DNA of 64,000 nucleotides from Nitrososphaerota archaeon (GTDB lineage: Archaea > Thermoproteota > Nitrososphaeria > Nitrososphaerales > JACQRY01): assembly GCA_016184315.1 (NCBI GenBank), contig JACPCU010000014.1, positions 64,724 to 128,723 on the forward strand, written 5' to 3'. The stretch's first letter is position 1; every line of letters begins with the position of its first letter. A program made the position numbers and the translations under genes. Shown here piece by piece: positions 52,351 to 61,494 of this stretch. The notes below the pieces were generated by a model. It searched no databases, was not told the origin of the DNA, and saw only the letters and a list, made by a program, of their open reading frames with translations.

Positions 52351-52887
52351 TTAGCGCCGTTCGACTGGATGCCTGAGAATAGTCTTGAGCTTTGAAGGAG
52401 TAGCTCTCCTAGGATCACCTAAGTATATTTCGTGGTGTTTTCCTCTAGTATTGTAGCCCCTCTCCCTTATGTACTTGTGAAGCGTAGCTATGGTGGCTTC
52501 TTCAGCTGAATATGGGCCTATGTGCATTATTTGTGCGGATAGACCCTCATAGAAGCTTTCAAGTCTTGCTTTTCTTAATGCGTGGAGACTGCTTTTCTTC
52601 TGCTCTACACGTTTGACGGCTCTGCCAAAGAGCTCATCGGTTATCAGCTTGGGTTGCATATCCATCAAGGTCCACTTCCATTCTTCCTTGTTGTTGAGCG
52701 AGAATTTGTCCCTTGAGTCGTCTGTCCACCAGAGTCCCTCTAAGGCCATAACCGGGTAATCTATTGCCTGCTCTTGCCTGATCATGAATTTCAGGGTGTA
52801 GGAAAGACTGTATATTGCTCCTATCGCGTCTTGAAACATGGCGGACTTGTTTGGGTCGCCTGTTCCGTCGACCATGATGAACTTCAT
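52351..52887 (-). CDS. GyrI-like small-molecule-binding domain protein
   Basis: ...PEMKFIMVDGTGDPNKS...LEGLWW...HIGPYS...HHEIYLGDPRR...KLKTILRHPV. The homologous N-terminal segment (KKLDLKKEFKHLYSP...) continues upstream to about 53004 in the same open frame, but no ATG/GTG/TTG is present there. Confidence 0.75.
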   Translation of the reverse strand: MKFIMVDGTGDPNKSAMFQDAIGAIYSLSYTLKFMIRQEQAIDYPVMALEGLWWTDDSRDKFSLNNKEEWKWTLMDMQPKLITDELFGRAVKRVEQKKSSLHALRKARLESFYEGLSAQIMHIGPYSAEEATIATLHKYIRERGYNTRGKHHEIYLGDPRRATPSKLKTILRHPVERR

Positions 52888-53076
52888 TTCTGGGGCTTCA
52901 ATGATTTCGGCTTCTGTGGCAGATGGGCTGTACAGGTGTTTGAACTCTTTTTTGAGGTCGAGTTTCTTTGACGTTACCGTTCTTTTCGTTTTCCTTCCCT
53001 CAATGCGACGTGGAAGAGTTTCATGTAGTTAAATGGGCGACCTGATTCTCAAGACTGGGTTCAAGCCTTCTGCAAA

Positions 53077-53916
53077 CTAGGAGAAGAGGCTCTGAGAGAT
53101 CTCTTTACCTCTTCTTGTAGCTGCTTCGACAGCCCTGATCAATGTTCCTCTGAGCCCTGATTCTTCGATGATGGCTAATCCTTCTATGGTTGTACCTGCA
53201 GGAGTTGCTACCATGCTTCTCAGCTCGGCAGGATGTTTGCCCGCCTCAAGAACCATCTTGCTAGCTCCTAGCACTGTCTGGGCTGCAAGTTGTAGCGCAA
53301 TGTCATAAGGTAACCCCGTCTTGACCCCTCCGTCCGTCAATCCTTCGATTATGGCGAAGATGTATCCGGGGCCGCTTCCGCTCAGAGCTGTTATCGCATC
53401 CATCAGCTTCTCATCCACCACTATGCATCTGCCTACGGATGTGAAGAGTGCCTTTGCTGCCTCCAAGTCCTCTGGAGAAGCGTTTGTCCCTGGAGCAAGG
53501 GCCGTTATCGCTTCTTGAACTGTGGCAGCAATATTGGGCATAGCCCTGACTACCTTAGCTTTCTTCAAATGCTGTTCTATGAATGAGAGTGGTACTCCTG
53601 CAGCGATGGAGATCACAAGCCGTTTGTCGCCTATTGCTGTTGAGATCCCATCCAAGACATGTGCCATGTCTTTGGGCTTGACCGACAGTAGCACCATGTC
53701 AGATGCTTTGGCAGCGTCAGCGTTGCTCTTCATCGTCTTGACGCCGATCTTCTTCATAGCTTCCAGTCTTGACTCAAGGACATCCGTCGCGATTACTTGT
53801 GAAGCTAGACCAGCGCGCAGCACGCCCCGAGCTAGGGCTTCGCCCATCTTCCCTGCGCCTAGAATCGCTACCACCTTCTTCCTGCTAGCAATCTTCTTCT
53901 GCTCAGCTGAAGCCAT
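53077..53916 (-). CDS. proC: Pyrroline-5-carboxylate reductase
   Basis: 279 aa with VAILGAGKMGEAL, VRAMPN and the C-terminal dimerisation-domain pattern SGSGPGY...TPAGTT. Confidence 0.9.
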   Translation of the reverse strand: MASAEQKKIASRKKVVAILGAGKMGEALARGVLRAGLASQVIATDVLESRLEAMKKIGVKTMKSNADAAKASDMVLLSVKPKDMAHVLDGISTAIGDKRLVISIAAGVPLSFIEQHLKKAKVVRAMPNIAATVQEAITALAPGTNASPEDLEAAKALFTSVGRCIVVDEKLMDAITALSGSGPGYIFAIIEGLTDGGVKTGLPYDIALQLAAQTVLGASKMVLEAGKHPAELRSMVATPAGTTIEGLAIIEESGLRGTLIRAVEAATRRGKEISQSLFS

Positions 53917-53977
53917 AGGGTCTACGATCTAAGATGAGATCTGATCTGATATTAAAGCCCGCTGTGTGTCTGTCAGC

Positions 53978-54319
53978 CTAGACTCCTTCAGAGACCTTTC
54001 TAAGAGTCAGGCTTCCGTCCTTCATGATTAGGTCGTAAATGTCGTTGACCTCAAACCGTATGCCCAGTAAGTCATACTCCTCCTCGGTGAGAAAGAGGGT
54101 TATCTTGGGAACCATCATCTCCCTTATCTGAGGGAAAATTCCCATGGACTGGAACTGGCTTACGATGTTCTTCACCAGTTTCGCCTCGTCTTCACCAACT
54201 CCAGGGAACATCGGTTGAAGGCCCTTCGGCCTAATCTCTACTAATTCAACCTGTTTTCCCGGTCTGCCGGTCTCAGGGTCGTTGACGCTGGTAACCCGGT
54301 AGATCCTAATCTTGGTCAA
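53978..54319 (-). CDS. Conserved hypothetical protein (113 aa)
   Basis: A clean ORF with typical coding composition. No family was recognised with confidence. Confidence 0.45.
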   Translation of the reverse strand: MTKIRIYRVTSVNDPETGRPGKQVELVEIRPKGLQPMFPGVGEDEAKLVKNIVSQFQSMGIFPQIREMMVPKITLFLTEEEYDLLGIRFEVNDIYDLIMKDGSLTLRKVSEGV

Positions 54320-54555
54320 TTCATGCTAGCCTCGTGTGTGGAGCGCGGAGACTTATGAGCTTCTACAAAAGGGTTTACAATGGGTCACGGCGCCGTCGGG
54401 ATGAAGTTTGACTGCTTGCATCTTCCTCTTATGCAGCGTTGTGATCTCCTTGCAACATAGACTCATGAACGGTCTTTCTTGCATAACATCTCCCAAGACA
54501 TGGGACTGCTGGATCCCAGCTTATATCTGCCGTACGGCTTTCTACTGAACAGAGA

Positions 54556-55533
54556 TTGGCGATTCGTTTCACACCGTTGGCCGCGGAGTCACTAGGCGTG
54601 AGGTCTATGGCTCTGATGGTTGAAACACCTGACCTTAGGATTCTGCTAGATGCGAGTGCAGCTCTAGGAATGCGGCAAAGGCTACTGCCTCATCCGAGCG
54701 AGTATTTGGCCCTCAGGGAATCTAGGAAGAGAATCGTTGAAAATGCGGAGAAGGCAGACATAATCACGATCTCCCACTACCATTTCGACCATTATACTGC
54801 CACATGGAAAAGTCTCGAAGTAGTGTCGAGCTGGAGCAGCTACGATGAGGCCAGACGAATCTATGGAGGAAAAACAGTTTACGCCAAGGACTATCGGAGC
54901 AGCATAAACCCAAGTCAGAGGAGGCGTGGATATCTGTTCAGCAAAATCGCCTCCGATTTCATCGGAAAACTGCAGTACTCGGACTCCAAGAAGGTCACGG
55001 TGGGAGACACAACCATCAAATTCACGAAGCCGCTGCTCCACGGAGAAGAAGATTCAGGCCTGGGATACGTAATCGGAGCCATGATCTCCCACGGAGACTC
55101 GACCCTGATGTTCTGCCCCGATGTGCAGGGACCAATGAACAGCTCAACTCTCAGGCTTATTATTAGAACTAAACCAGATGTACTAGTCATAGGTGGACCA
55201 CCTGAATACCTATCAGGATACAAAGTCCCTGAAGATATGATCAAAAGGGGAATGGGGAATCTGGGGAAGCTTGCAGCGCAAGTCCCTTTGACGATTGCTG
55301 AGCATCATCTTCTAAGGAGTATGCGTGGCTTAGGTTGGCTGGACGATCTGAAGAAAATTGCTGCTGAGAACGGCAATCGAATGTGCAGTGCGGCAGACTA
55401 TCTGGGCGTTGAGAACCGGCTTCTTGAAGCTAATCGAAGCCTTCTTTACGAGGAGGAGCCTCCTGCTCAAGAGTTTCAGAAGTGGGTGAAGATGTCTCCT
55501 CTTCGACGGGGGTCTCTGCCGCCTCCTCTATGA
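54556..55533 (+). CDS. Metallo-beta-lactamase-fold hydrolase (archaeal UPF0282-like)
   Basis: FTPLAAESLGVRSMALMVET...ISHYHFDHYT is the HxHxDH motif. The C-terminal tail overlaps the convergent gene. Confidence 0.7.
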   Translation: MAIRFTPLAAESLGVRSMALMVETPDLRILLDASAALGMRQRLLPHPSEYLALRESRKRIVENAEKADIITISHYHFDHYTATWKSLEVVSSWSSYDEARRIYGGKTVYAKDYRSSINPSQRRRGYLFSKIASDFIGKLQYSDSKKVTVGDTTIKFTKPLLHGEEDSGLGYVIGAMISHGDSTLMFCPDVQGPMNSSTLRLIIRTKPDVLVIGGPPEYLSGYKVPEDMIKRGMGNLGKLAAQVPLTIAEHHLLRSMRGLGWLDDLKKIAAENGNRMCSAADYLGVENRLLEANRSLLYEEEPPAQEFQKWVKMSPLRRGSLPPPL

Positions 55534-55963
55534 CTTGTTCAGCAGGTTCAGGCGGCTGGGCAGGCTGCTGATTTGCCTGCGCAATTTGCTTTGCGATTTG
55601 CTCTGCGTACTCTTCGGTGATGACTCTCGCCATATGGAGGTTTACCAGAGAGTTGGCTGAGGCTTCTCCGCTGACCTTCCCCGCTCGCCCACGTATCTGT
55701 CTCCAGATTAAACGTGTATTGCCGCTTTTGGATGCGTATATGACTCCGAGTATGTCTGTTGCATTGATGAACGAAATGTCACGTATCCCCTTGAGGGTGA
55801 CTTTGTCAGCTGCCTCTACGTATATGGCTCCGCCTTCGCCTTCTCTTTCAGGGAAGACCTCTGGGTCTCCAAGGTAGCTGTCAGGGATGAAGGATCGGCA
55901 TGTGCTGTAGATGACGAATCTCCTGAAGCTCTCCAACGATGCTGTGGTGTTGATCTGAACCAA
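55430..55963 (-). CDS. Hypothetical protein with an acidic/Pro-rich C-terminal tail
   Basis: A 177-aa ORF with no family recognised. Its last ~35 codons overlap the 3' end of 54556..55533. Confidence 0.4.
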   Translation of the reverse strand: MVQINTTASLESFRRFVIYSTCRSFIPDSYLGDPEVFPEREGEGGAIYVEAADKVTLKGIRDISFINATDILGVIYASKSGNTRLIWRQIRGRAGKVSGEASANSLVNLHMARVITEEYAEQIAKQIAQANQQPAQPPEPAEQVIEEAAETPVEEETSSPTSETLEQEAPPRKEGFD

Positions 55964-56046
55964 GGCGGCGCTCCCCCTTCTGCCAGAGCACCCGTATTAA
56001 TGTGTTAAAAACCCTGTTTCCTTAAAGCTTAAGATATATGCATGGC

Positions 56047-58164
56047 TCATTGTCTCAGTATAAGCTCGGAGTCAAGTAGCCTGCCGCAGCTAGGACACAA
56101 GAACTGTCTCAGTAAAGCTCGGCTACGCTTAGGATACATCAAGCCTCCTTCTGAAAGCTCTGCTTCCAGGAATTTGATTGCCAGATTCTTGCCGCCGAGG
56201 CTCCATACTCCGTTGCCGCAGCCGGCGCACTCCACTGAAGACTTTTCGTTTTTGCTCGGGCGTAGAGATTCGCCCAACCTGGCGGATCCATCGTTGCGAC
56301 CTGAGATTAGGAATGTTGGCGTATCAGTGTCAGTTGCCTTTCTCCTCCTTTCCTCACTTATCTCGGCTCTCAGCACTGAGGTTTTCTGTTTGTCAACTTC
56401 TTTTCCAACGAGATCGACGGAAACACCGTATATCGCTGACGCTGCTCTAGGTGAAACAAACCCGTTCAACGCGTCGTGTAACACGCTATCCACTTCTCTT
56501 TCCAAGGGGTCTCCGTAGCCTCCTCCTGCATTGTGGCGGCAGTAGAAGACAGAGTCGTCTGCAAACTCTTTGGGTGATATCTTCGATGGAAAGTCTTCTC
56601 CCTCGCCGTCAAGCTCCTCTAGGGATGCCGGAATCCTACCTGCCTTCAACATGCTGCGGATGTTTGTCTTGCGTCTGATTGCTCTCAGCATACATCCTCC
56701 GGGGTAACCTCCGTAGATTCCTTGCGAGGCCGGCACCTCAGAGCCGTGTCCTCCCCCACTCACTTGCACGCTGCTGCTCTTGTGCCTGATGAAGGCGTAT
56801 TCGCAGGCTAGACCTCCGCGAAACTTACCCGCACCACCTGAATCCATGGCGAGACGGTGGTAAAGAAAGAGAATAGGAGCGAAGGCTTCAGCAGCCTCTA
56901 CGTTGGGCATGCTGGGCTTGGTTGGTGACATGCTGAAGCTGGAGTCGAAGCCGTCTTTGTAGGCCATTCCTCCCGCTCCGCCACTGCTCTGAAAGGGGAA
57001 CGAAAATCTCTGCCCGTACTGGTCCTCTCCGCTCGTCAGGGGTGTTGCTTTGCCTCCTTCCCAGACTGCACCTGCTCTCTGCCAATACTTGTCGCTCGAA
57101 CCAAGCATCCGTGAAATGGCGAGAGTGGCTGCGTTTCTAACGGCGAAGGACGCTGCAGTCGAGGCTAACCCGACTGGAGCAGGAGGAATTGAATTCACCA
57201 CGCTTCCCTCAGGAGCTATTACAGAGATAGGGTGAAGCACACCGTGGTTCCACGGAATATCGTAGCAGAGGAAGGGCAGCACGGCGCCCATGACCCCCGC
57301 CCAGGTGCCCGAAATGGTGCAGTTGATAGGACCCTTTGCTTGTCCGTCTGATCCGGTGAAGTCGAAGGTCAGCGAGTCGTTCTTCTTGGTGAGCTGAAGT
57401 TTGACTGTGTAAATGTGGCTCGTGTTGCCGTCGTGATCAATGTAGTCGTTCTGGGGGAAGTTTCCGTCGGGAAGTTCCCTCAGTCTTTGCCTCAGCCTAG
57501 TCTCGGAGATCTGGATCAGCTGGTTCATCATGCTGTTTGCAGTTTCGGAACTGTATCGCCTGAATAATGATTCAAGCCTATTTCTCGCAGTGTTGTTCGT
57601 CGCTATTCTTGCCTTGATGTCAAGGCCAACTAAACCGGGCTGCCTGACATTGCTCAGAATCATGTCCAAGACATCTTTTTTCAAAACGCCTTTGTTGACA
57701 ATCTTCAGGGAAGGGATGCGTAGACCCTCCTGATATGTCTCTGAGGCACCAGATGGAGCGCCTGGCTGCATGGCGCCTATGTCAACTTCGTGGGCGACTA
57801 CGCCTGTCCACGCGGATAGTCGGCCTTCGTAGAAGAACGGTGCAACAACAGCAACGTCTAGCTGGTGGAGGGCTCCTTTGTAAGGATCGTTGGCGATGAA
57901 CATGTCGCCTTCCGAAACATCGTCGCCATACACTGATGCTATGTGTTGGATGATGGTGGGCAGCACAGTGGCATGGATGGTTACGTAGGATCCCATGGTC
58001 ACCATCTTGCTATCAGGTGTCATGATTCCTACGTTGAAGTCGCTGGCTTCTTTGACTGTAGGCGAGCCTGAGACGTTCCTCAGCGTAATCGCCATCTCCT
58101 CGGTGATTTGCCACAGCCTGTGCCTAACCACCTCCAAGGTGAAAGGATCGGTCGAAGGCTTCAA
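56047..58164 (-). CDS. hyuB: Hydantoinase B/oxoprolinase-family subunit with a C-terminal zinc-ribbon extension
   Basis: 705 aa with the HyuB core (DPFTLEVVRHRLWQITEEM...). The extra ~120 aa end in CAGCGN...CPSCG, which resembles the acetone-carboxylase gamma-subunit-type ribbon. Confidence 0.85.
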   Translation of the reverse strand: MKPSTDPFTLEVVRHRLWQITEEMAITLRNVSGSPTVKEASDFNVGIMTPDSKMVTMGSYVTIHATVLPTIIQHIASVYGDDVSEGDMFIANDPYKGALHQLDVAVVAPFFYEGRLSAWTGVVAHEVDIGAMQPGAPSGASETYQEGLRIPSLKIVNKGVLKKDVLDMILSNVRQPGLVGLDIKARIATNNTARNRLESLFRRYSSETANSMMNQLIQISETRLRQRLRELPDGNFPQNDYIDHDGNTSHIYTVKLQLTKKNDSLTFDFTGSDGQAKGPINCTISGTWAGVMGAVLPFLCYDIPWNHGVLHPISVIAPEGSVVNSIPPAPVGLASTAASFAVRNAATLAISRMLGSSDKYWQRAGAVWEGGKATPLTSGEDQYGQRFSFPFQSSGGAGGMAYKDGFDSSFSMSPTKPSMPNVEAAEAFAPILFLYHRLAMDSGGAGKFRGGLACEYAFIRHKSSSVQVSGGGHGSEVPASQGIYGGYPGGCMLRAIRRKTNIRSMLKAGRIPASLEELDGEGEDFPSKISPKEFADDSVFYCRHNAGGGYGDPLEREVDSVLHDALNGFVSPRAASAIYGVSVDLVGKEVDKQKTSVLRAEISEERRRKATDTDTPTFLISGRNDGSARLGESLRPSKNEKSSVECAGCGNGVWSLGGKNLAIKFLEAELSEGGLMYPKRSRALLRQFLCPSCGRLLDSELILRQ

Positions 58165-58169
58165 AGTTT

Positions 58170-60290
58170 CTACACTTCTCCTGTGCGCAGCCTGAAGTTC
58201 AGGAACGGATCCACAGTCAAAGTTGATTTCGGCGCCACGGGGATTGTGTTGCCCATCAGCTCCACTACTGCGGGCCCCTGAATCTGGTTTCCATTCCTCA
58301 ATCTGTGTCCATCGTAGATGACTGTTCTCAGGAATCTGTCTTCTTCTTCAAAGTAGACTTCTCTGTAACCTTTCTTGGTTTTGGACAGGTCGGAACTCGT
58401 TTGTTCACTCTTCTTCAAAGAGGGTTTCCATGTTCTGCCTAGGATATCGACGCGGAAGGTTGACGCCTCTAAGCCTGCCTCAGAGTAAGCTGTCCCACTT
58501 CCGTAGCGAGTCTCATAGGTGTCGAGAAACCTGTTCTCTAGGGTCTTCGCGTCGATCTCTGACAGGGTGCCGTTGGGAACAGACACCATTAACTCGTTCA
58601 TCTGCGCCCTGAACCTTAACCCTATGGATCTGATTAGGAACAATGAGTCCGGAGGCAAATGCCATGGGGCAGCAGCCTCTAAGGCAGTTTTCTCAAGCTT
58701 AGAAAAGTTCCCGTTGAACCGACTCAGATCTGGCGGGAACCGCATATAGTCCGACAGAACATATGACTGTTGGAGATCAGACACAGCCACGCCAAACGCA
58801 CTGTGCACAGTTGCCAAAGAGGGAATAACTACTTGCTGCGATAACTCTTTCGCGTACCCCGGGCAGTGGAGAGGCCCTGCTCCCCCGTAGGCGAAGAGCA
58901 CAAACTCATTAGGATCCAGCCCACGTTCCACCGTGGCGTTACGAATCAAGTCTGCTGCTTGACTGTTAGCTACACTGTAGATCCCTGCAGCTGCTTCAAC
59001 CATGTCTACCCCTAGTCTGTCTGCTAGTTTCTTAACGGCCTCCTTGGCGTTATGCTCGTCGAGCCTCATTTTTCCTCCGAGGAAATAGTCAGGATTAAGA
59101 TAGCCCAACACAAGATCAGCGTCAGTAACTGTGGGCTCAGCACCTCCCCAGCCATAGCATGCAGGCCCAGGATTCGCTCCTGCGCTTCTCGGCCCTACTT
59201 TGACCATGCCTCCTTCATCTATCCAGGCTAAGCTTCCTCCACCTGAACCTATGGCTGTCAGATCTATGGTGGGAACCTGAAGGGTGTAGCGCGTCATGTA
59301 AGGGCCGAAGCGAGGGGAAAACGCTTCAGCCCTAATTAGGGGGCTACCGTCAAGGATTACTCCGACTTCGAAGGTTGTTCCCCCCATGTCTGTTGTGATG
59401 ATGTTTGAGAAGCCTAAGAGTTCACCTAGGTATTTGGAGGCGATTACTCCTCCTGCTAGGCCCGATGCTAGTGTTGACACCGCCATCTTGGGGGCGTCCG
59501 ACATCGGTATGACTCCTCCGCTCGACTGCATCATAAGAGGTGTCGAGACGAGGCCGTTGGAGAAGAGGGCTTCCCGCAGATCCTCAGCGTAACGCCTTAA
59601 CACGGGGCCCAGATAGGCGTTGATGGCTGTTGTAGCTGTCCGCTCATATTCTCCCAGCACAGGGGCGACTTCAGAAGATAGGCTTACGAACAGGCCTTTC
59701 CTCTTACGTTCAATTATCTTCTTGACTGTCTGCTCATGGCTGGGGTTCTTGAAGGACCATAGGAGTGAGACTGCTATCGATTCGACTCCCTTGTCAATTA
59801 GGTTTTCGACTGCTTCCTCAGCGCTCTTCTCGTTTAGCTGGCAGATCACTTCGCCGCTGTAGTCAACTCTCTCTTCCACCTCTTCGGTTAGATCCAATGG
59901 CACTATCATAGGTGGTCTTGTAACTCTGTTCATGTCTACCGCCTCAGATTCGGGGAGGCCTGCGGCCCTTGTGGCTTTCATCATGTAGAGGTGATGCTGG
60001 AAGCCCTTGGTGGTGATAAGCGCGGTTTTGGCGCCTCGGAGCTGGACGAGGGCGTTGACGGCTACTGTTGTGCCGTGGGCGAAGAGTTGTGTGTGTTTGA
60101 GGAGGTCTGGTATGCTTAGCTGTAGTTGTTGGGCTAGGATTTGGAGGCAGTTGACTACTCCTGTGTGTATGTTGTCTGTCGTTGGGGTCTTGGCGTAAAC
60201 CATGTTTTCGTCTTCTCCCATCGCGATTCCGTCGGTGAAGGTGCCTCCTACGTCGATTCCGACGGAGTATTTTGTTGATCTTTGTTCCAT
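58170..60290 (-). CDS. hyuA: Hydantoinase A/oxoprolinase-family subunit
   Basis: 706 aa with the ATPase motifs SVGIDVGGTFTD and TDMGGTTFEV. It lies 5 nt upstream of hyuB. Confidence 0.9.
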   Translation of the reverse strand: MEQRSTKYSVGIDVGGTFTDGIAMGEDENMVYAKTPTTDNIHTGVVNCLQILAQQLQLSIPDLLKHTQLFAHGTTVAVNALVQLRGAKTALITTKGFQHHLYMMKATRAAGLPESEAVDMNRVTRPPMIVPLDLTEEVEERVDYSGEVICQLNEKSAEEAVENLIDKGVESIAVSLLWSFKNPSHEQTVKKIIERKRKGLFVSLSSEVAPVLGEYERTATTAINAYLGPVLRRYAEDLREALFSNGLVSTPLMMQSSGGVIPMSDAPKMAVSTLASGLAGGVIASKYLGELLGFSNIITTDMGGTTFEVGVILDGSPLIRAEAFSPRFGPYMTRYTLQVPTIDLTAIGSGGGSLAWIDEGGMVKVGPRSAGANPGPACYGWGGAEPTVTDADLVLGYLNPDYFLGGKMRLDEHNAKEAVKKLADRLGVDMVEAAAGIYSVANSQAADLIRNATVERGLDPNEFVLFAYGGAGPLHCPGYAKELSQQVVIPSLATVHSAFGVAVSDLQQSYVLSDYMRFPPDLSRFNGNFSKLEKTALEAAAPWHLPPDSLFLIRSIGLRFRAQMNELMVSVPNGTLSEIDAKTLENRFLDTYETRYGSGTAYSEAGLEASTFRVDILGRTWKPSLKKSEQTSSDLSKTKKGYREVYFEEEDRFLRTVIYDGHRLRNGNQIQGPAVVELMGNTIPVAPKSTLTVDPFLNFRLRTGEV

Positions 60291-60584
60291 TGGTGTTGAG
60301 CCTCACATGGACTTTGGATGCTGTGCTTCTGGTGTAGGGGTAGTTATGTTTGACCCATCTTCCTTTCGATTTGAGCTAAAGTTGTTTCGTTGGACAGTAG
60401 ATGGGGGTTGCGGTGCTTGAATGTTGTTTTGACTAGGGTCCGTTGAAGAGGTTTTCGGCTGGGTATTGGGTTAGTAGTGGAGGGTCTCTTGTCTTTGTTG
60501 CAAGGCTGATATGTTCGCGGCTCCATTAGGAATATTAGCAAGGTGCATTCTCTGTGTCATGGTCTTTTCTAAGAGTGTGGGTGT

Positions 60585-61376
60585 GTGAAGACAGGTTTGA
60601 AGAACAGGTGGCTGCTGCTCGTGGGTCTATTCTCTATCCTACTGCTAGTCGCCTCACCTACAGCTGCATACGCTAGTCCTTTCACCGGTAGGAAGAGCGT
60701 TGAGTCTTCTTCCACGCAGTTTCTGATAGAGTCTCCGAGTGGTGGCGGAGCGGTGTGGAGTCAGGTCGTCTTGAAGGTCCTCATAGATCCGAATGTGTAT
60801 TCGCCGAGTTCCATAGAAGTGTCGGCGGGGCGTCGAGGCATAGATAGCTGGAAGACGTACATAACGTGGTTCTCGGTGAAAGATTGGGATGGAAACGGTG
60901 CCCCAGATCATCCTTGGCTCGACCGTTTGAGCTTCATAGTTTATGTGATGGGTGTAAACGAGAGTCTTCTAGCAGGGACTGCGGACATAACAGTAACATA
61001 CTATTCTCAGATATCGCCGAGATCAGCATTGGGCTACGCGAGTTTGGACTACAAGAGAGTCGGCGGACAGTATGCGATAAGTTATGTCGAAATAGCTTTA
61101 GCTGTGAGGGGGCTCAGCACTGTGGGCATACAGAATGTTGCGGCACACGAGTTCGGCCACGCGTTGGGCTTGGGTCACAGCAACAAGAGAGGTGATCTGA
61201 TGTACCCTGCTTTTGATGCGAGTACGGAGAATAGGCTTGTTGTGCTGCCCTCAACGCTTAATCTTTACGCGCTTGCCTTGACATACGGGTGGCTTTCTTC
61301 GGGTGTCTTCTCAGAATATCGCGGCCGGTTGTCGGTAACCCTGCCGCCGAGCCATATTGCCGCAGCGTACAGATGA
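60585..61376 (+). CDS. Secreted metzincin (matrixin-like) zinc protease
   Basis: It has a signal peptide (LLLVGLFSILLLVASPTAAYA) and HEFGHALGLGHS (HExxHxxGxxH). The start is GTG. Confidence 0.75.
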   Translation: MKTGLKNRWLLLVGLFSILLLVASPTAAYASPFTGRKSVESSSTQFLIESPSGGGAVWSQVVLKVLIDPNVYSPSSIEVSAGRRGIDSWKTYITWFSVKDWDGNGAPDHPWLDRLSFIVYVMGVNESLLAGTADITVTYYSQISPRSALGYASLDYKRVGGQYAISYVEIALAVRGLSTVGIQNVAAHEFGHALGLGHSNKRGDLMYPAFDASTENRLVVLPSTLNLYALALTYGWLSSGVFSEYRGRLSVTLPPSHIAAAYR

Positions 61377-61494
61377 TTGGACCCCGAGTTTCAGGTCTTC
61401 ACATAGGAATCGTCAGAGAGCCGTGGTAGCAACAATTGCCACGACGAAATATCGCAGAGGACATAAATAGCTAGATCTACGCTTGCGAACTCAA

